From positions 1,140,001 to 1,172,000 of the forward strand of contig NC_009483.1 in the NCBI RefSeq assembly GCF_000016745.1: a DNA stretch of 32,000 nucleotides, read 5' to 3'. Every line of letters begins with the position of its first letter. The stretch's first letter is position 1. Both the position numbers and the translations under genes were made by a program. The DNA comes from Geotalea uraniireducens Rf4. GTDB taxonomy: Bacteria; Desulfobacterota; Desulfuromonadia; Geobacterales; Geobacteraceae. Below are positions 8,762-18,160 of the stretch, in pieces. The notes below the pieces were generated by a model. It was not told where the DNA came from. It ran no database searches and worked only from the letters and a program-made list of their open reading frames with translations.

Positions 8762-9412
8762 CTAGAGAAAATGTCGGCCGGGAGGTGGCGACTTTATCAG
8801 GTAACGCCGGGTAAAGAGAGTCACGAGCAGACCTGCATAGGCACCCGCAATCACGTCGCTCAGAAAATGGTAATCCGTGGCGATTAACGCCGCTCCGAGG
8901 AGAAAGAGCAGGCCGGCGGCCAATGGGCGGTAACGGGGGTAAAAGCACCAGACAGCAGCAAAGAAGGCGGTGAAGACCATCATGTGACCGGAGGGAAAAG
9001 CGCCGCGCTCACCTGTGCCGTGAAAAAACTGAAAATCGATAGGTCCGCCGCCTGCCAGCCATGCCCGGGTATTGATGCGTCCGAAGATGAATTTGAGAAA
9101 GGATTTCAGCAGGAAGGCAAAGGGGGTGGCAGTGGCTGCGAGACGGAGGAACAGCGTCTGTTCGTTATGCCCTCTCCTGCGGATCAGGAAAAAGTAGGCT
9201 GTCCACATGACGGCGGTGCCGATGCAGACCAGCAGGAAAAGAAGATCGGGCATGTTTGCGGTGGTACGGTGCAGAATGGAACTTGACCGGAGTAGCTGCA
9301 TTACACCCAGGGCAATCCCTCTGTCAAGGAACGCGATGCTGAAGAGAACGGCAGCAAAGACCAGCAGCGAGATCCCCGCAAGGTTTTTTGGCTTGAAATA
9401 ATTATCGTTCAT
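8762..9412 (-). CDS. PAP2-family (acid/lipid) phosphatase, membrane
   Basis: 216 aa and polytopic. PAP2 motifs FPSGH and TDYHFLSDVIAG are present. It lies 33 nt upstream of the rhomboid gene on the same strand. Confidence 0.8.
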   Translation of the reverse strand: MNDNYFKPKNLAGISLLVFAAVLFSIAFLDRGIALGVMQLLRSSSILHRTTANMPDLLFLLVCIGTAVMWTAYFFLIRRRGHNEQTLFLRLAATATPFAFLLKSFLKFIFGRINTRAWLAGGGPIDFQFFHGTGERGAFPSGHMMVFTAFFAAVWCFYPRYRPLAAGLLFLLGAALIATDYHFLSDVIAGAYAGLLVTLFTRRYLIKSPPPGRHFL

Positions 9413-9670
9413 ATAAATAGCGTTATAGCCTGTTTACGAGGAGATACCCAAATCGGATACCTGATGACGTCAGTCTCTTTTCGCTGAGCAATATTCATTG
9501 CATGGTATCACGCTTCGTCGTTAATTTTACGAATTTTTGCTTTATTATAACAAATAAATGAGAGTGTGCCTTCACCTGCGGAAGATAGTGGGGGAAGATT
9601 GCCTAATCAGCTATTAGACAGTTTATGGACCATATGGTAGTATCGTTAATGCCATTCGGTTAGGACAGGC

Positions 9671-10159
9671 ATGATGGAAATGTCGATCTCCACTCCGAGG
9701 TCGGAAGGCACGACCTTCGCAATTTACCTCCCATCTGTCGGAGAGAAATCCATAGCGCAGAGCACATACAAGGAGACAATGGTGACAGGCAAACAAAAGA
9801 ACGGTTACATACTTGTGATGGATGACGAGGCGTTTATTCGGGACCTTAGCATTGAAATGCTCGGATTTCTGGGCTATCGGGTAAAGACCTGCATCGACGG
9901 CAAAGAGGCCGTTGATCTCTATAAAGCAGCAAAAGTTGAGGGTAACCCGTTTTCTTCGGTTATCATGGACCTTACCATACCGGGCGGGATGGGGGGCAAA
10001 GAAGCCGCGCAGCTCATTCTCGCCTTTGATCCTGCCGCCCGCCTGATTGTTTCAAGCGGTTATTCAGCTGACCCTGCCATGGACGATTACGAAAGCCATG
10101 GATTCTGCGCCGCCGTCGTCAAACCATACAAGGTTGAAGAACTCGCGAAGGTTTTGTGA
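9671..10159 (+). CDS. receiver-domain protein carrying the vestigial C-terminal tail of a histidine-kinase ATPase domain (5'-truncated hybrid kinase)
   Basis: 162 aa. The N-terminus SEGTTFAIYLP is the last strand of an HATPase_c domain. An intact REC follows (VMDDE, phospho-acceptor MDLTIPG, SSGYS, KP). The frame closes at TAA 9647..9649, and only AT-rich non-coding DNA lies upstream. Confidence 0.7.
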   Translation: MMEMSISTPRSEGTTFAIYLPSVGEKSIAQSTYKETMVTGKQKNGYILVMDDEAFIRDLSIEMLGFLGYRVKTCIDGKEAVDLYKAAKVEGNPFSSVIMDLTIPGGMGGKEAAQLILAFDPAARLIVSSGYSADPAMDDYESHGFCAAVVKPYKVEELAKVL

Positions 10160-10166
10160 TCCGTCT

Positions 10167-12254
10167 TTATGGCGGGCCATCCTCTTCCAACAGGGCCAGA
10201 GCTCGCCGGCAAATGTTTTCCACGGTGAAGCCGCATTCAGCCGGAACGACGTCACCCGGAGCTGAAGCGCCAAAACACTCTACTCCGAGGACATTTCCGT
10301 CCGAGCCGACGTAGCGGTGCCATCCTTGCGGCGCCCCTGCCTCAACTGCCAGTCGCCTGCTGACCTGCGGCGGGAGGACAGAGTCGCAGTACTCTTGCGG
10401 CTGCAGATCGAAGAGCTCCCAGCTTGGCAGTGAGACGACCCGGGTCAGGATGTTCCTTTCCAGGAGCTTCTTACGCGCTGCAAGCACGAGAGCCACTTCC
10501 GAGCCGGTAGCAATGAGGATCAGTGCAGGGAGCTTGCCTTCGGCATCAGCAAGGATATAACCGCCGCGACGGAGTCCGTCGGCTGTAGCGTAGCGGCTCC
10601 GGTCAATGATTGGGAGATCTTGCCGCGAGAGGAGAAGCGCCACCGGCCGGTCCGCTGTCTCCAGCGCCACCTGCCAGGCGACTGCTGTCTCATTGGCGTC
10701 CGCGGGACGGATCACCACCAGGTTCGGGATGGCCCTGAGTGTTGCCAGATGCGCTACCGGCTGGTGGGTGAAGCCGTCTTCCCCCATACCGATGCTGTCA
10801 TGGGTGAAGACGTGGATTACGTGCAGTCCCATCAATGCTGCAAGACGCAAGGATGGGCGGAGATAGTCGGAGAACTTGAGAACGGTGGCGCCGAAGGGAA
10901 TAAGCCCGCCGTGAGCTGCCATGCCGTTCAGAACCGCTCCCATGGCATGTTCGCGTACTCCGAAATGTATGTTGCGGCCGCCGTATCCCCTTTCCTCGCC
11001 GATCGCCCCTGGCCGGTCGACGGGGGGGAGGCCGGGGTTCCCGAAATCCCCCAGACCTTTCAAGGAAGTGTGGGGTGAAGGGTCCGGATCTGCCGATCCG
11101 CCGAGAAACGATGTGAGCCGGGGGGCGATGGCATTCATCACCATGCCCGAGGCGACCCTGGTTGCCATACCCTTAGAGTCTGCCTGGAAATCGGGAATAT
11201 CCATGTCCCAGCCGGGGGGGAGCTTTCCCGCCATTGCCAGGCGGAGTTCCTTGGCGAGCTCAGGGTATGCTTCTTCATAGGCGGCAAACCGGGCATTCCA
11301 TTCCGCTTCCCGTTTCTTCCCCTGTTTCAATGCCAGATGAAAGTAGCGGAGCGCTTTTTTGGGGATATAAAATAGCGGATCCAACGGCCAGCCGAGGTTT
11401 TCCTTGGTCAGCTTCACCTCTTCCGCGCCAAGAGGCAAGCCGTTGACTTCGAAGCTGTCCGGTTTGTCGGGCGAGCCGTGGCCGATGTGGGTGCGGATGA
11501 GAATGATGGACGGCCGCGACGTCTCGTTCCGGGCTTTGGTGATGGCCCTTCCGATAGTCGCCAGGTCATTGCCTTCCGCCACTGTTTGCACGTGCCAGCC
11601 GTACGCAGCGAATCTCCCGGCTCTGACTTCAGTGAATGCGAGATCTGTCGAGGCCGTCGGCGAGAGCCGGTTGTCGTCGTAGAGGCAGATGAGCTTTCCC
11701 AGCCCCAGGTGGCCGGCCAGTGAGGCTGCTTCTGCCGCCACTCCTTCCATGAGATCGCCGTCGCCGGCAAGGCAGTATGTGTAGTGGTCGATTATCTTGA
11801 AACGGGGCCGGTTGAAGCGGACGGCGAGGTGCGATTCGGCGATTGCCATGCCGACGGCGTTGCCGAATCCCTGGCCGAGGGGGCCGGTGGTTGTCTCTAT
11901 TCCCGGTGCAACCCATCGATCGGTATGGCCGGGGCGGCTCCTCCATTGGCGGAATCGCTCAATCTCTTCCAGGGGGAGGTCGTAGCCGGTGAGATGGAGC
12001 AGGCTGTAGAGGAGCATGGAACCGTGGCCTGAAGAAAGGACGCATCGGTCGTGGTCGAGCCATCCGGGATTGGCCGGATTGTGCCGCAGGAATCGTGTCC
12101 AGAGGACAAACGCCATGGGCGCCGCTCCCAAAGGCATTCCCGGATGGCCGCTGTTCGCCTTCTGTACGGCATCGACCGACAGGAAGCGAATGGTGTTGAT
12201 GCAGAGCGTATGTACATCAGCCGGGATGGAAGTGGACGATAGGTCGTTCTTCAT
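10167..12254 (-). CDS. tkt: transketolase
   Basis: ORF 10167..12413. I prefer ATG 12254 (MKNDLSS...; AAGGAA upstream). Motifs are [45 protein letters not shown] and [16 protein letters not shown]. Confidence 0.9.
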   Translation of the reverse strand: MKNDLSSTSIPADVHTLCINTIRFLSVDAVQKANSGHPGMPLGAAPMAFVLWTRFLRHNPANPGWLDHDRCVLSSGHGSMLLYSLLHLTGYDLPLEEIERFRQWRSRPGHTDRWVAPGIETTTGPLGQGFGNAVGMAIAESHLAVRFNRPRFKIIDHYTYCLAGDGDLMEGVAAEAASLAGHLGLGKLICLYDDNRLSPTASTDLAFTEVRAGRFAAYGWHVQTVAEGNDLATIGRAITKARNETSRPSIILIRTHIGHGSPDKPDSFEVNGLPLGAEEVKLTKENLGWPLDPLFYIPKKALRYFHLALKQGKKREAEWNARFAAYEEAYPELAKELRLAMAGKLPPGWDMDIPDFQADSKGMATRVASGMVMNAIAPRLTSFLGGSADPDPSPHTSLKGLGDFGNPGLPPVDRPGAIGEERGYGGRNIHFGVREHAMGAVLNGMAAHGGLIPFGATVLKFSDYLRPSLRLAALMGLHVIHVFTHDSIGMGEDGFTHQPVAHLATLRAIPNLVVIRPADANETAVAWQVALETADRPVALLLSRQDLPIIDRSRYATADGLRRGGYILADAEGKLPALILIATGSEVALVLAARKKLLERNILTRVVSLPSWELFDLQPQEYCDSVLPPQVSRRLAVEAGAPQGWHRYVGSDGNVLGVECFGASAPGDVVPAECGFTVENICRRALALLEEDGPP

Positions 12255-12316
12255 GACACTATTCCTTGTTTTGCCTGGAGTGGCAAGGGACTTGGTAATT
12301 ATCAATATACCACGTA

Positions 12317-12403
12317 GGGGCGATAGCACGGCTTCATCGTGCTTCGCCCTTGTTCGCAACGCCACCAAAGGCGGGCGAAGCAGATAAAGCGTTTGCTTCG
12401 CCC
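12317..12403. repeat. two adjacent hairpins built from the same stem sequence (GGGCGAAGCA / TGCTTCGCCC) in the tkt-truD divergent intergenic region
   Basis: Hairpin 1 pairs GGGGCGATAGCAC (12317..12329) with GTGCTTCGCCC (12339..12349), with one bulged T. Hairpin 2 pairs GGGCGAAGCA (12373..12382) with TGCTTCGCCC (12394..12403), a perfect 10-bp stem. Confidence 0.8.
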
Positions 12404-12743
12404 CTCCAATCAAAAAGGTATATCAGTAAATTCTATGTCCCTAACCCCGATGAACGGGATAAGTCCCTTCACGAAAAATTCTTCGCAAAAAACATGCAAA
12501 TAATTTTTCTAAGGGACAAACGTTTCTCCGTGTTGTTTTCCGACCGGGACCGTCTGTCACATTTACTTATACATGAAAACATTCTAATGCATTGTTGGAA
12601 TTGTGCAAATTTTTATAGAGTCCAGGGAGGACACCCGCCACGTTACAAGGGTGACGCCCTGCGTAATCTTGTTGAAAGATGGCGTATCAGCGGGTATGAT
12701 GTGGCCGCACAGTACGGAACCATCACTGTCTGTGCGAGGAGGC

Positions 12744-13943
12744 ATGTTGAAAACCTATCTGACAGCCGATCTGCCCGGCACGGGCGGGACGATCAAGGAG
12801 ACGCCCGAGGACTTTCTCGTGGCGGAGATTCCGCTCTACCTACCCTGCGGCGAAGGGGAGCATACTTTTGCCGAGATCGAGAAACGGGGCATTACGACCC
12901 TTGAAGCTCTCCGGCGCCTGGCGAAGGCGCTCGGCATCGCCGAACGGGACATGGGGTATGCGGGCATGAAGGATGCGCGAGGGGTAACCCGGCAGACCTT
13001 CTCGATTCCGCGGGTGGCCCCGGATCGCGTGCTCGGGCTGGAGGTGCAGGGGATCAGGGTGCTCTCCGCGTCTCTGCACAGGAACAAGCTGAAGCTCGGC
13101 CACCTGCGGGGGAACCGTTTCCGGCTCCGGGTCCGCGGGGTGACAGCCGATGCCGTGCCGAGCGCATCTGCGGTGTTGTCGGTGCTGGCGAAGCGGGGTG
13201 TGCCGAATTATTTCGGCGAACAGCGCTATGGAACCCAGGGAAATTCCCACCTCATCGGCGCGGCGCTCCTGCGAGGCGATTACCGGGGGGCGGTGGACGC
13301 ACTCATCGGCGATGCGGCAAAGGTGACTGACGAACGCTGGCGGGCTGCCATCGAGGCATACCGGCGCGGTGATCCGGACGAGAGCCTGCGTGCCTTTCCC
13401 GGCCATTGCCGTACGGAACGGGACCTGCTCCAGCGCCTGGTGAAACAGCCGGATGACTGGGAGAAGGCGTTCCGCGCGGTGCATCCACGATTGAAGAAGC
13501 TGTACCTGTCCGCCTTTCAGTCGTTTCTCTTTGACCGGCTGCTCGACGGGCGGCTCGACCGGCTTGATGAGGTGGTAGACGGCGACGTGGCCTACAAGCA
13601 TGACAACGGTGCCTGTTTCCTCGTTACCGATGCGGCTGCCGAAGCGGTAAGGGCTGAGGCGTTCGAGATATCCCCCACCGGCCCCCTGTTCGGCTGCAAG
13701 ATGAAGGAGCCGGAAGGAAAGGTGCTGGAGCTGGAGCGACAGGTACTGGATATGGAAGGGCTCAGCCTGGAAAGTTTCAACCTGACCGGCGGCCTGCGCA
13801 TGGAAGGTGAGCGCCGTCCGCTCCGGGTGCCGCTTATGGAGCCGACTGCGGAGTGGGACGGGGAGGGGCTCGTGCTGGAGTTCGGCTTGCCGCGCGGCTC
13901 TTATGCTACCGCAGTGCTGCGGGAAGTGATGAAATCGGCCTGA
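12744..13943 (+). CDS. truD: tRNA pseudouridine(13) synthase TruD
   Basis: ORF 12603..13943. I prefer ATG 12744, preceded by GAGGAGG. ETPEDFLVAEI, the catalytic GMKDARGVTRQ and NYFGEQRYG are typical TruD motifs. Confidence 0.9.
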   Translation: MLKTYLTADLPGTGGTIKETPEDFLVAEIPLYLPCGEGEHTFAEIEKRGITTLEALRRLAKALGIAERDMGYAGMKDARGVTRQTFSIPRVAPDRVLGLEVQGIRVLSASLHRNKLKLGHLRGNRFRLRVRGVTADAVPSASAVLSVLAKRGVPNYFGEQRYGTQGNSHLIGAALLRGDYRGAVDALIGDAAKVTDERWRAAIEAYRRGDPDESLRAFPGHCRTERDLLQRLVKQPDDWEKAFRAVHPRLKKLYLSAFQSFLFDRLLDGRLDRLDEVVDGDVAYKHDNGACFLVTDAAAEAVRAEAFEISPTGPLFGCKMKEPEGKVLELERQVLDMEGLSLESFNLTGGLRMEGERRPLRVPLMEPTAEWDGEGLVLEFGLPRGSYATAVLREVMKSA

Positions 13944-14001
13944 GATGGACATGGGACGCTTTCCTGATAGAATTTCAGGGCAATGATCGAGGAGGTCAGC
14001 C

Positions 14002-14325
14002 ATGAACGGCTCACAAGACCGCTATAACGTCAATTTCTTTAAACCCAAAAAAGGCTACATGCGGGATGAGGTCAGGATCATCCTGCTGATCCTGTTCGGC
14101 TGGGTGGTGGCGACCTTCGGCTTCCAGTTCCTGCTCTGGCTGCTTGCCGATACGAAGGGTGAAAGCTTTCTGACCCTGCGCACGTTTTTTACCCTTCCGT
14201 TCCATTTCTGGTTCACCGGCCAGTTTCTTCCCCTCTGGTTCATAATCCTCTGCGTGATCTTCAATATCTACACCGATCGTCTTACGGAAAGCCACAGCCG
14301 CAGGAGAGACAGATCCTATGACTAA
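14002..14325 (+). CDS. DUF4212-type small membrane subunit of a sodium:solute symporter
   Basis: 107 aa with two TM helices, SD GAGGAGG, and an overlap with the next gene's start (ATGACTAA). This is the typical partner of VC_2705-type symporters. Confidence 0.85.
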   Translation: MNGSQDRYNVNFFKPKKGYMRDEVRIILLILFGWVVATFGFQFLLWLLADTKGESFLTLRTFFTLPFHFWFTGQFLPLWFIILCVIFNIYTDRLTESHSRRRDRSYD

Positions 14326-15847
14326 AGATCCCGTTTCCATCTGGCCGCTCGTCATTGTCGTCGGTGTCCTGATCGCCTTTGTCATGGCCGGACTGCGTGC
14401 CAAGGCCAGGGAAAGCTCCGACTACGGCTTCGGCGGACGCTATATCGGCCGTATCGGCGGCGGTGCGGCAATCGCCAGCAACTGGATGAGCGCCGCCAGT
14501 TTTCTCGGCATGGCCGGACTTCTCTATCTCCACGGCTATTTCGCCTTCGCCTACATCATCGGCTGGACCGGAGGATACGTGCTTCTGCTCGTACTGATGG
14601 CCGGCCAGATACGGCGTTTCGGCAAGTACACCACCCCCGATTTTGTCGGCGACCGCTATGCATCGCCTGCGGCCAGGCTCATCGCAGCGGTCATTTCCAT
14701 AACCATTTCCATCATCTACTGCATAGCCCAGTTCAAGGGGATCGGCATGGTCTTCGCCTGGCTCCTGGGGAGCGACTACACGAACGGCCTGATGGTTGGC
14801 GGGGGGGCGGCGGTTTCCTACGTGGTGATCTGCGGCATGCTCGGCGTGGCGAGAAACCAGCAGATGCAGTACTTTGTCCTCATCGTCTCGTTCATCGTCC
14901 CGCTCATGTTCCTTGCCTACAAGCTCGGTTATTTCTGGATTCTTCCCCAGTTCGGTTACGGGCAGGGGGTTCAGGATCTGGCGGGGGAGTTCCGAATCGA
15001 TTTTGCGTCACCATTTGCCGCCGGTTCACTCTTTCAGTGGTGCGCCCTCTGCTTTACCCTCATGGTCGGCACTGCCGGACTTCCCCATGTCCTCTCCCGC
15101 TTCTACGTGGTTCCCAATATTCGCGACGCACGCTGGAGCCTGGTCTGGGGTCTCTTTTTCATCGCACTCATCTACTGGTCCGCCCCGGCTTATGCGGTTT
15201 TTGCCCGGCTTTTCGAAGCTCGCAGCGGGGCGATCCCTGATCCTGCTGTTGCCGCAAAGATGGCGGACATTGTCGTGTTGAAGGCGGCGGTAATGGGAGG
15301 GCTCCCTGACTGGCTGGTCGGCATCCTGGCCGCAGGCGCGGTCAGTGCGGCGTTCTTTACGGTAGCTGGGCTCCTTATGACAGGCGCTTCATCCTTTTCC
15401 CATGACATTTACTATCGGCTCATCAATCCGCAGGCTTCGGAGGCCCGTAAAATGGCCATTGCCAAGGGGAGCTCCCTGGCCCTGGCCGGCATCGTCTTCC
15501 TCCTGGCCCTGAAACCGCCGGCGCTGATAGCCGAAATAACTGCGGTAGCCTTTGCCCTGGCCGGAAACACCATTTTTCCCGTATTCCTCATAGGTATCTG
15601 GTGGGGACGGGCCAATCACCAGGGGGCCATTGCCGGGATGTTGACGGGGATCGTGATAACCTTCTCATCGCCGCTGTTCGGCGGCGTGGTCCCTTTCATT
15701 TCAACAGTTTTCCCTGTTACTGCTTCGGCACTGTGCGGTGCGCCGCTGGTGATTGCCGTGATGATAGCGGTTTCGCTTCTGACGCCTCCTCCTCCCGAGG
15801 AGATGCGGCGCTTTCTTGCCGAGCAGGTGCACGGGCATTTGGATTAG
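14318..15847 (+). CDS. sodium:solute symporter family permease (VC_2705 / ActP-like, probable monocarboxylate/acetate uptake)
   Basis: 509 aa and polytopic, with SSF-like sequence throughout (GGRYIG, NWMSAASFLGMAG, GLPHVLSRFY). It is translationally coupled to the DUF4212 gene. Confidence 0.9.
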   Translation: MTKDPVSIWPLVIVVGVLIAFVMAGLRAKARESSDYGFGGRYIGRIGGGAAIASNWMSAASFLGMAGLLYLHGYFAFAYIIGWTGGYVLLLVLMAGQIRRFGKYTTPDFVGDRYASPAARLIAAVISITISIIYCIAQFKGIGMVFAWLLGSDYTNGLMVGGGAAVSYVVICGMLGVARNQQMQYFVLIVSFIVPLMFLAYKLGYFWILPQFGYGQGVQDLAGEFRIDFASPFAAGSLFQWCALCFTLMVGTAGLPHVLSRFYVVPNIRDARWSLVWGLFFIALIYWSAPAYAVFARLFEARSGAIPDPAVAAKMADIVVLKAAVMGGLPDWLVGILAAGAVSAAFFTVAGLLMTGASSFSHDIYYRLINPQASEARKMAIAKGSSLALAGIVFLLALKPPALIAEITAVAFALAGNTIFPVFLIGIWWGRANHQGAIAGMLTGIVITFSSPLFGGVVPFISTVFPVTASALCGAPLVIAVMIAVSLLTPPPPEEMRRFLAEQVHGHLD

Positions 15848-15852
15848 AAGCA

Positions 15853-15985
15853 GTCGGCGGTCGGCGGTCGGCGGTCGGCAGTCGGCAGTCGGCAGTCGGC
15901 AGTCGGCGGTCGGCGGTCGGCGGTCGATGGTCGATGGTCGATGGTCGATGGTTGATGTTGGTTCCAACCGCCGACCGCCGACCGC
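15853..15985. repeat. tandem heptanucleotide array (15 units) with a short inverted tail
   Basis: 3x GTCGGCG, 4x GTCGGCA, 3x GTCGGCG, 4x GTCGATG and 1x GTTGATG span 15853..15957. A GTTGG-TT-CCAAC tip follows, then CGCCGAC CGCCGAC CGC (15969..15985), which is complementary to the GTCGGCG units. Confidence 0.9.
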
Positions 15986-16002
15986 ATTTACAGGAGTTTC
16001 CT

Positions 16003-17244
16003 ATGGCGATTTTTCTTGGGGCAAAGGGTGGCGATATTCTGGCGACCCGGAGCGTCACCGACTTGATGGCCGGGTTGAAGGGAAAATTGGATGAGAAAAT
16101 GGCCTATCTTCTTTCCGGCGAGGATGAAGACCTCCTGCTGGGTTTCAAGAGACGGCTTGAAGAGGAGCTGGTTTTTGAAGAGGACGTTTCCGCCCGCTTT
16201 GCCGACTGCATGGCGGAGCTGGAACGTGTGGAATATGTGGACCAGCTTCCTGACTTGCTTGAACGGTTCAATCGGACGGCAACCGATCATTTCGCCCGTC
16301 GTGGTTCGGTGGTGGCGCTTCATGAGTTATGCACCGCCTGTTACGATGTCGTAATGCGCAAGGCCCTGGAACTGGCTGTGGCCGGCATGGAACTGGACTC
16401 AAAGGAGAGCCCGGCTGTCCCCTATTGTTTTCTGGCCGGGGGGAGTGCGGGGCGCATGGAACAGACCCTCGGCGACGGGGCCGAATACTTCCTTGTTCAC
16501 GAAGATTACTGTGGCGACTTTTCTGCATATTTCGAAGAGTTTGCCTACAGGTTCATCGCCATTCTGAAGTTGTGCGGGTTTGCAAGTGCCGGCAAACGTC
16601 CCCTTTCAGGCGCAGGGGTGTGGCACGGCGCCGGAGACGGGTGGCGGAGTTGGGCCCGAAACCAGCTGCATCATGGCTGGGATGGGCTGAGCGCCGGGCT
16701 GGCGAGTCTCGCCGACCTGCGCGGGATTTGCGGCGACGAGACGATGATTGCCGACCTGACGAGGTTTGCACGCAACGTGCTCATGGAGGAACAGCAGTCG
16801 GAAACATTTACGCCGGCAATGAGGAAGTTATCTTCCATGCCGGTGGCGCTCGGCATGTTCGGCGGTTTCAGGGTTTCAAGGAGCGGTGAGCATCGGGGAG
16901 AGTTCGATCTGGAGGCATTCGCCCTGAATCCGTTGGTCATGAATGTCCGTATCCTGGCAATACGCCATGGCCTGGCGGAGACCGGCACTGTCGGCCGGAT
17001 CAAGGCTCTCCTCGACGGTGGACACCTGGGGGTGGAGCTGGCCGAAAGGCTGTTAAATGCTTACCATATCGTTACCCGGCAGAAGATCATCATGGAAATA
17101 GTTCATGGCGCCGTGATGACGGAGGGCTTTTTCCTCAATCCCGAAGACCTGTCGGCGGAAGAAGCGCATCGTCTGAAAATCGGCCTGGAAGCGGTGCTCA
17201 GCCTGCAGCGGATCGTTTATCAATCTTTCGCGGAGCAAGGTTAG
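16003..17244 (+). CDS. DUF294-like putative nucleotidyltransferase / substrate-binding protein lacking cNMP and CBS sensor modules
   Basis: I prefer ATG 16003 (AGGAG at 15992..15996) over the 15601 ORF start, which reads through the repeat. The product is 413 aa. The GGSAGRMEQTLGD segment and a helical C-terminal half resemble DUF294 + DUF294_C, a family often found next to DUF4212/SSF pairs. Confidence 0.7.
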   Translation: MAIFLGAKGGDILATRSVTDLMAGLKGKLDEKMAYLLSGEDEDLLLGFKRRLEEELVFEEDVSARFADCMAELERVEYVDQLPDLLERFNRTATDHFARRGSVVALHELCTACYDVVMRKALELAVAGMELDSKESPAVPYCFLAGGSAGRMEQTLGDGAEYFLVHEDYCGDFSAYFEEFAYRFIAILKLCGFASAGKRPLSGAGVWHGAGDGWRSWARNQLHHGWDGLSAGLASLADLRGICGDETMIADLTRFARNVLMEEQQSETFTPAMRKLSSMPVALGMFGGFRVSRSGEHRGEFDLEAFALNPLVMNVRILAIRHGLAETGTVGRIKALLDGGHLGVELAERLLNAYHIVTRQKIIMEIVHGAVMTEGFFLNPEDLSAEEAHRLKIGLEAVLSLQRIVYQSFAEQG

Positions 17245-17252
17245 GGACGACC

Positions 17253-18062
17253 ATGCAGATTTCCCTCTCCACAGGAACTCTCTTTACCTTTCCCCTTGAG
17301 AAAGTATTCCGTATCGCCAAATTGGCGGGTTTTGACGGCGTTGAGCTGATTGTCAACCAGGAGTTCCAGAAGGTGAACAGTCGCCGGCTTGTGAAGGAAC
17401 TTGCCGAAACCGTGCCGGTCTTTTCCATTCATGCCCCCTTTATGCCGCTGGACGGTTGGGGGAGCCCGATGGATTCATTGAAGAGATCCGTTGAAATTGC
17501 TGCAGACTGCTGCGTGCCTCTGGTCAACTTCCATCCACCCTCATGGCTTGGGGGGGAATTCAGGTACTGGCGCTGGTTGTACCGGATCATGGATTTTCAG
17601 GAGGAGGTGGGCCAAGGGGGGGTTATTGTTACCCTGGAAAACATGCCTTGGGTCGGAAGATTCAATATTAACCCCCATATCCTCTCGAACACGGAGAAAA
17701 TGATCGAGTTCCTCCAGGAAAGGAACCTTTATCTCACCTTTGATTGTACCCATATGGGGTCAGGCAGGGCCAATTTCATCAACGACTTTTACCTGTTTTA
17801 CAATACCGGCCGCATCAAAAATATTCATTTTTCCGATTACGGCCATGGCCGCGAACATCTCCTGCCGGGGCGCGGCATCCTTCCTCTTACCCGTTTTTTG
17901 AACCATCTGCGCAGTACCGATTACAGCCAGACTTTGACGCTGGAGCTGTCGCCCCACGAATTTCCCCGCGACGAGGGCATCATCATCGAGAGCCTCAAGG
18001 AGATCAAAAGCTATCTTGAGCGGGAGACGATGAAGAACTCTGAACATGAAAACCCCAGTTGA
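17253..18062 (+). CDS. sugar-phosphate isomerase/epimerase (xylose isomerase-like TIM barrel)
   Basis: 269 aa. MQISLSTGTL...GFDGVELI, a FSIHAPF motif and LENMP resemble the AP_endonuc_2 / TIM-barrel family. It starts 9 nt after the upstream stop. Confidence 0.8.
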   Translation: MQISLSTGTLFTFPLEKVFRIAKLAGFDGVELIVNQEFQKVNSRRLVKELAETVPVFSIHAPFMPLDGWGSPMDSLKRSVEIAADCCVPLVNFHPPSWLGGEFRYWRWLYRIMDFQEEVGQGGVIVTLENMPWVGRFNINPHILSNTEKMIEFLQERNLYLTFDCTHMGSGRANFINDFYLFYNTGRIKNIHFSDYGHGREHLLPGRGILPLTRFLNHLRSTDYSQTLTLELSPHEFPRDEGIIIESLKEIKSYLERETMKNSEHENPS

Positions 18063-18160
18063 TCTGTGTCTCGGATGCTTTAATTAATTTGTTTCCCGCA
18101 GGGAGTTTTTTGCTATAAAATACCCTCCAGCTAAAACTATTTCCGGAGGTTATTGTATTC

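Noticed and set aside
12255-12904. N-terminal extension of tkt (to 12413) and the 184-aa plus-strand ORF 12350..12904
   Set aside because: The tkt homology begins at MKNDLSS (ATG 12254). The 184-aa ORF spans the repeat-bearing intergenic region and overlaps the truD 5' end in another frame, with no motifs.
12840-14003. 387-aa ORF on the minus strand
   Set aside because: It is entirely antisense to truD, which has clear family motifs. Its composition is Arg/Pro/His-rich and low in complexity, typical of shadow ORFs in G+C-rich DNA.
15601-16002. 5' extension of the DUF294-like ORF, giving a 547-aa product
   Set aside because: It starts out of frame inside the symporter gene and is translated through the heptamer array (SAVGSRQSAVGSRR...). 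A proper AGGAG-ATG start exists at 16003.
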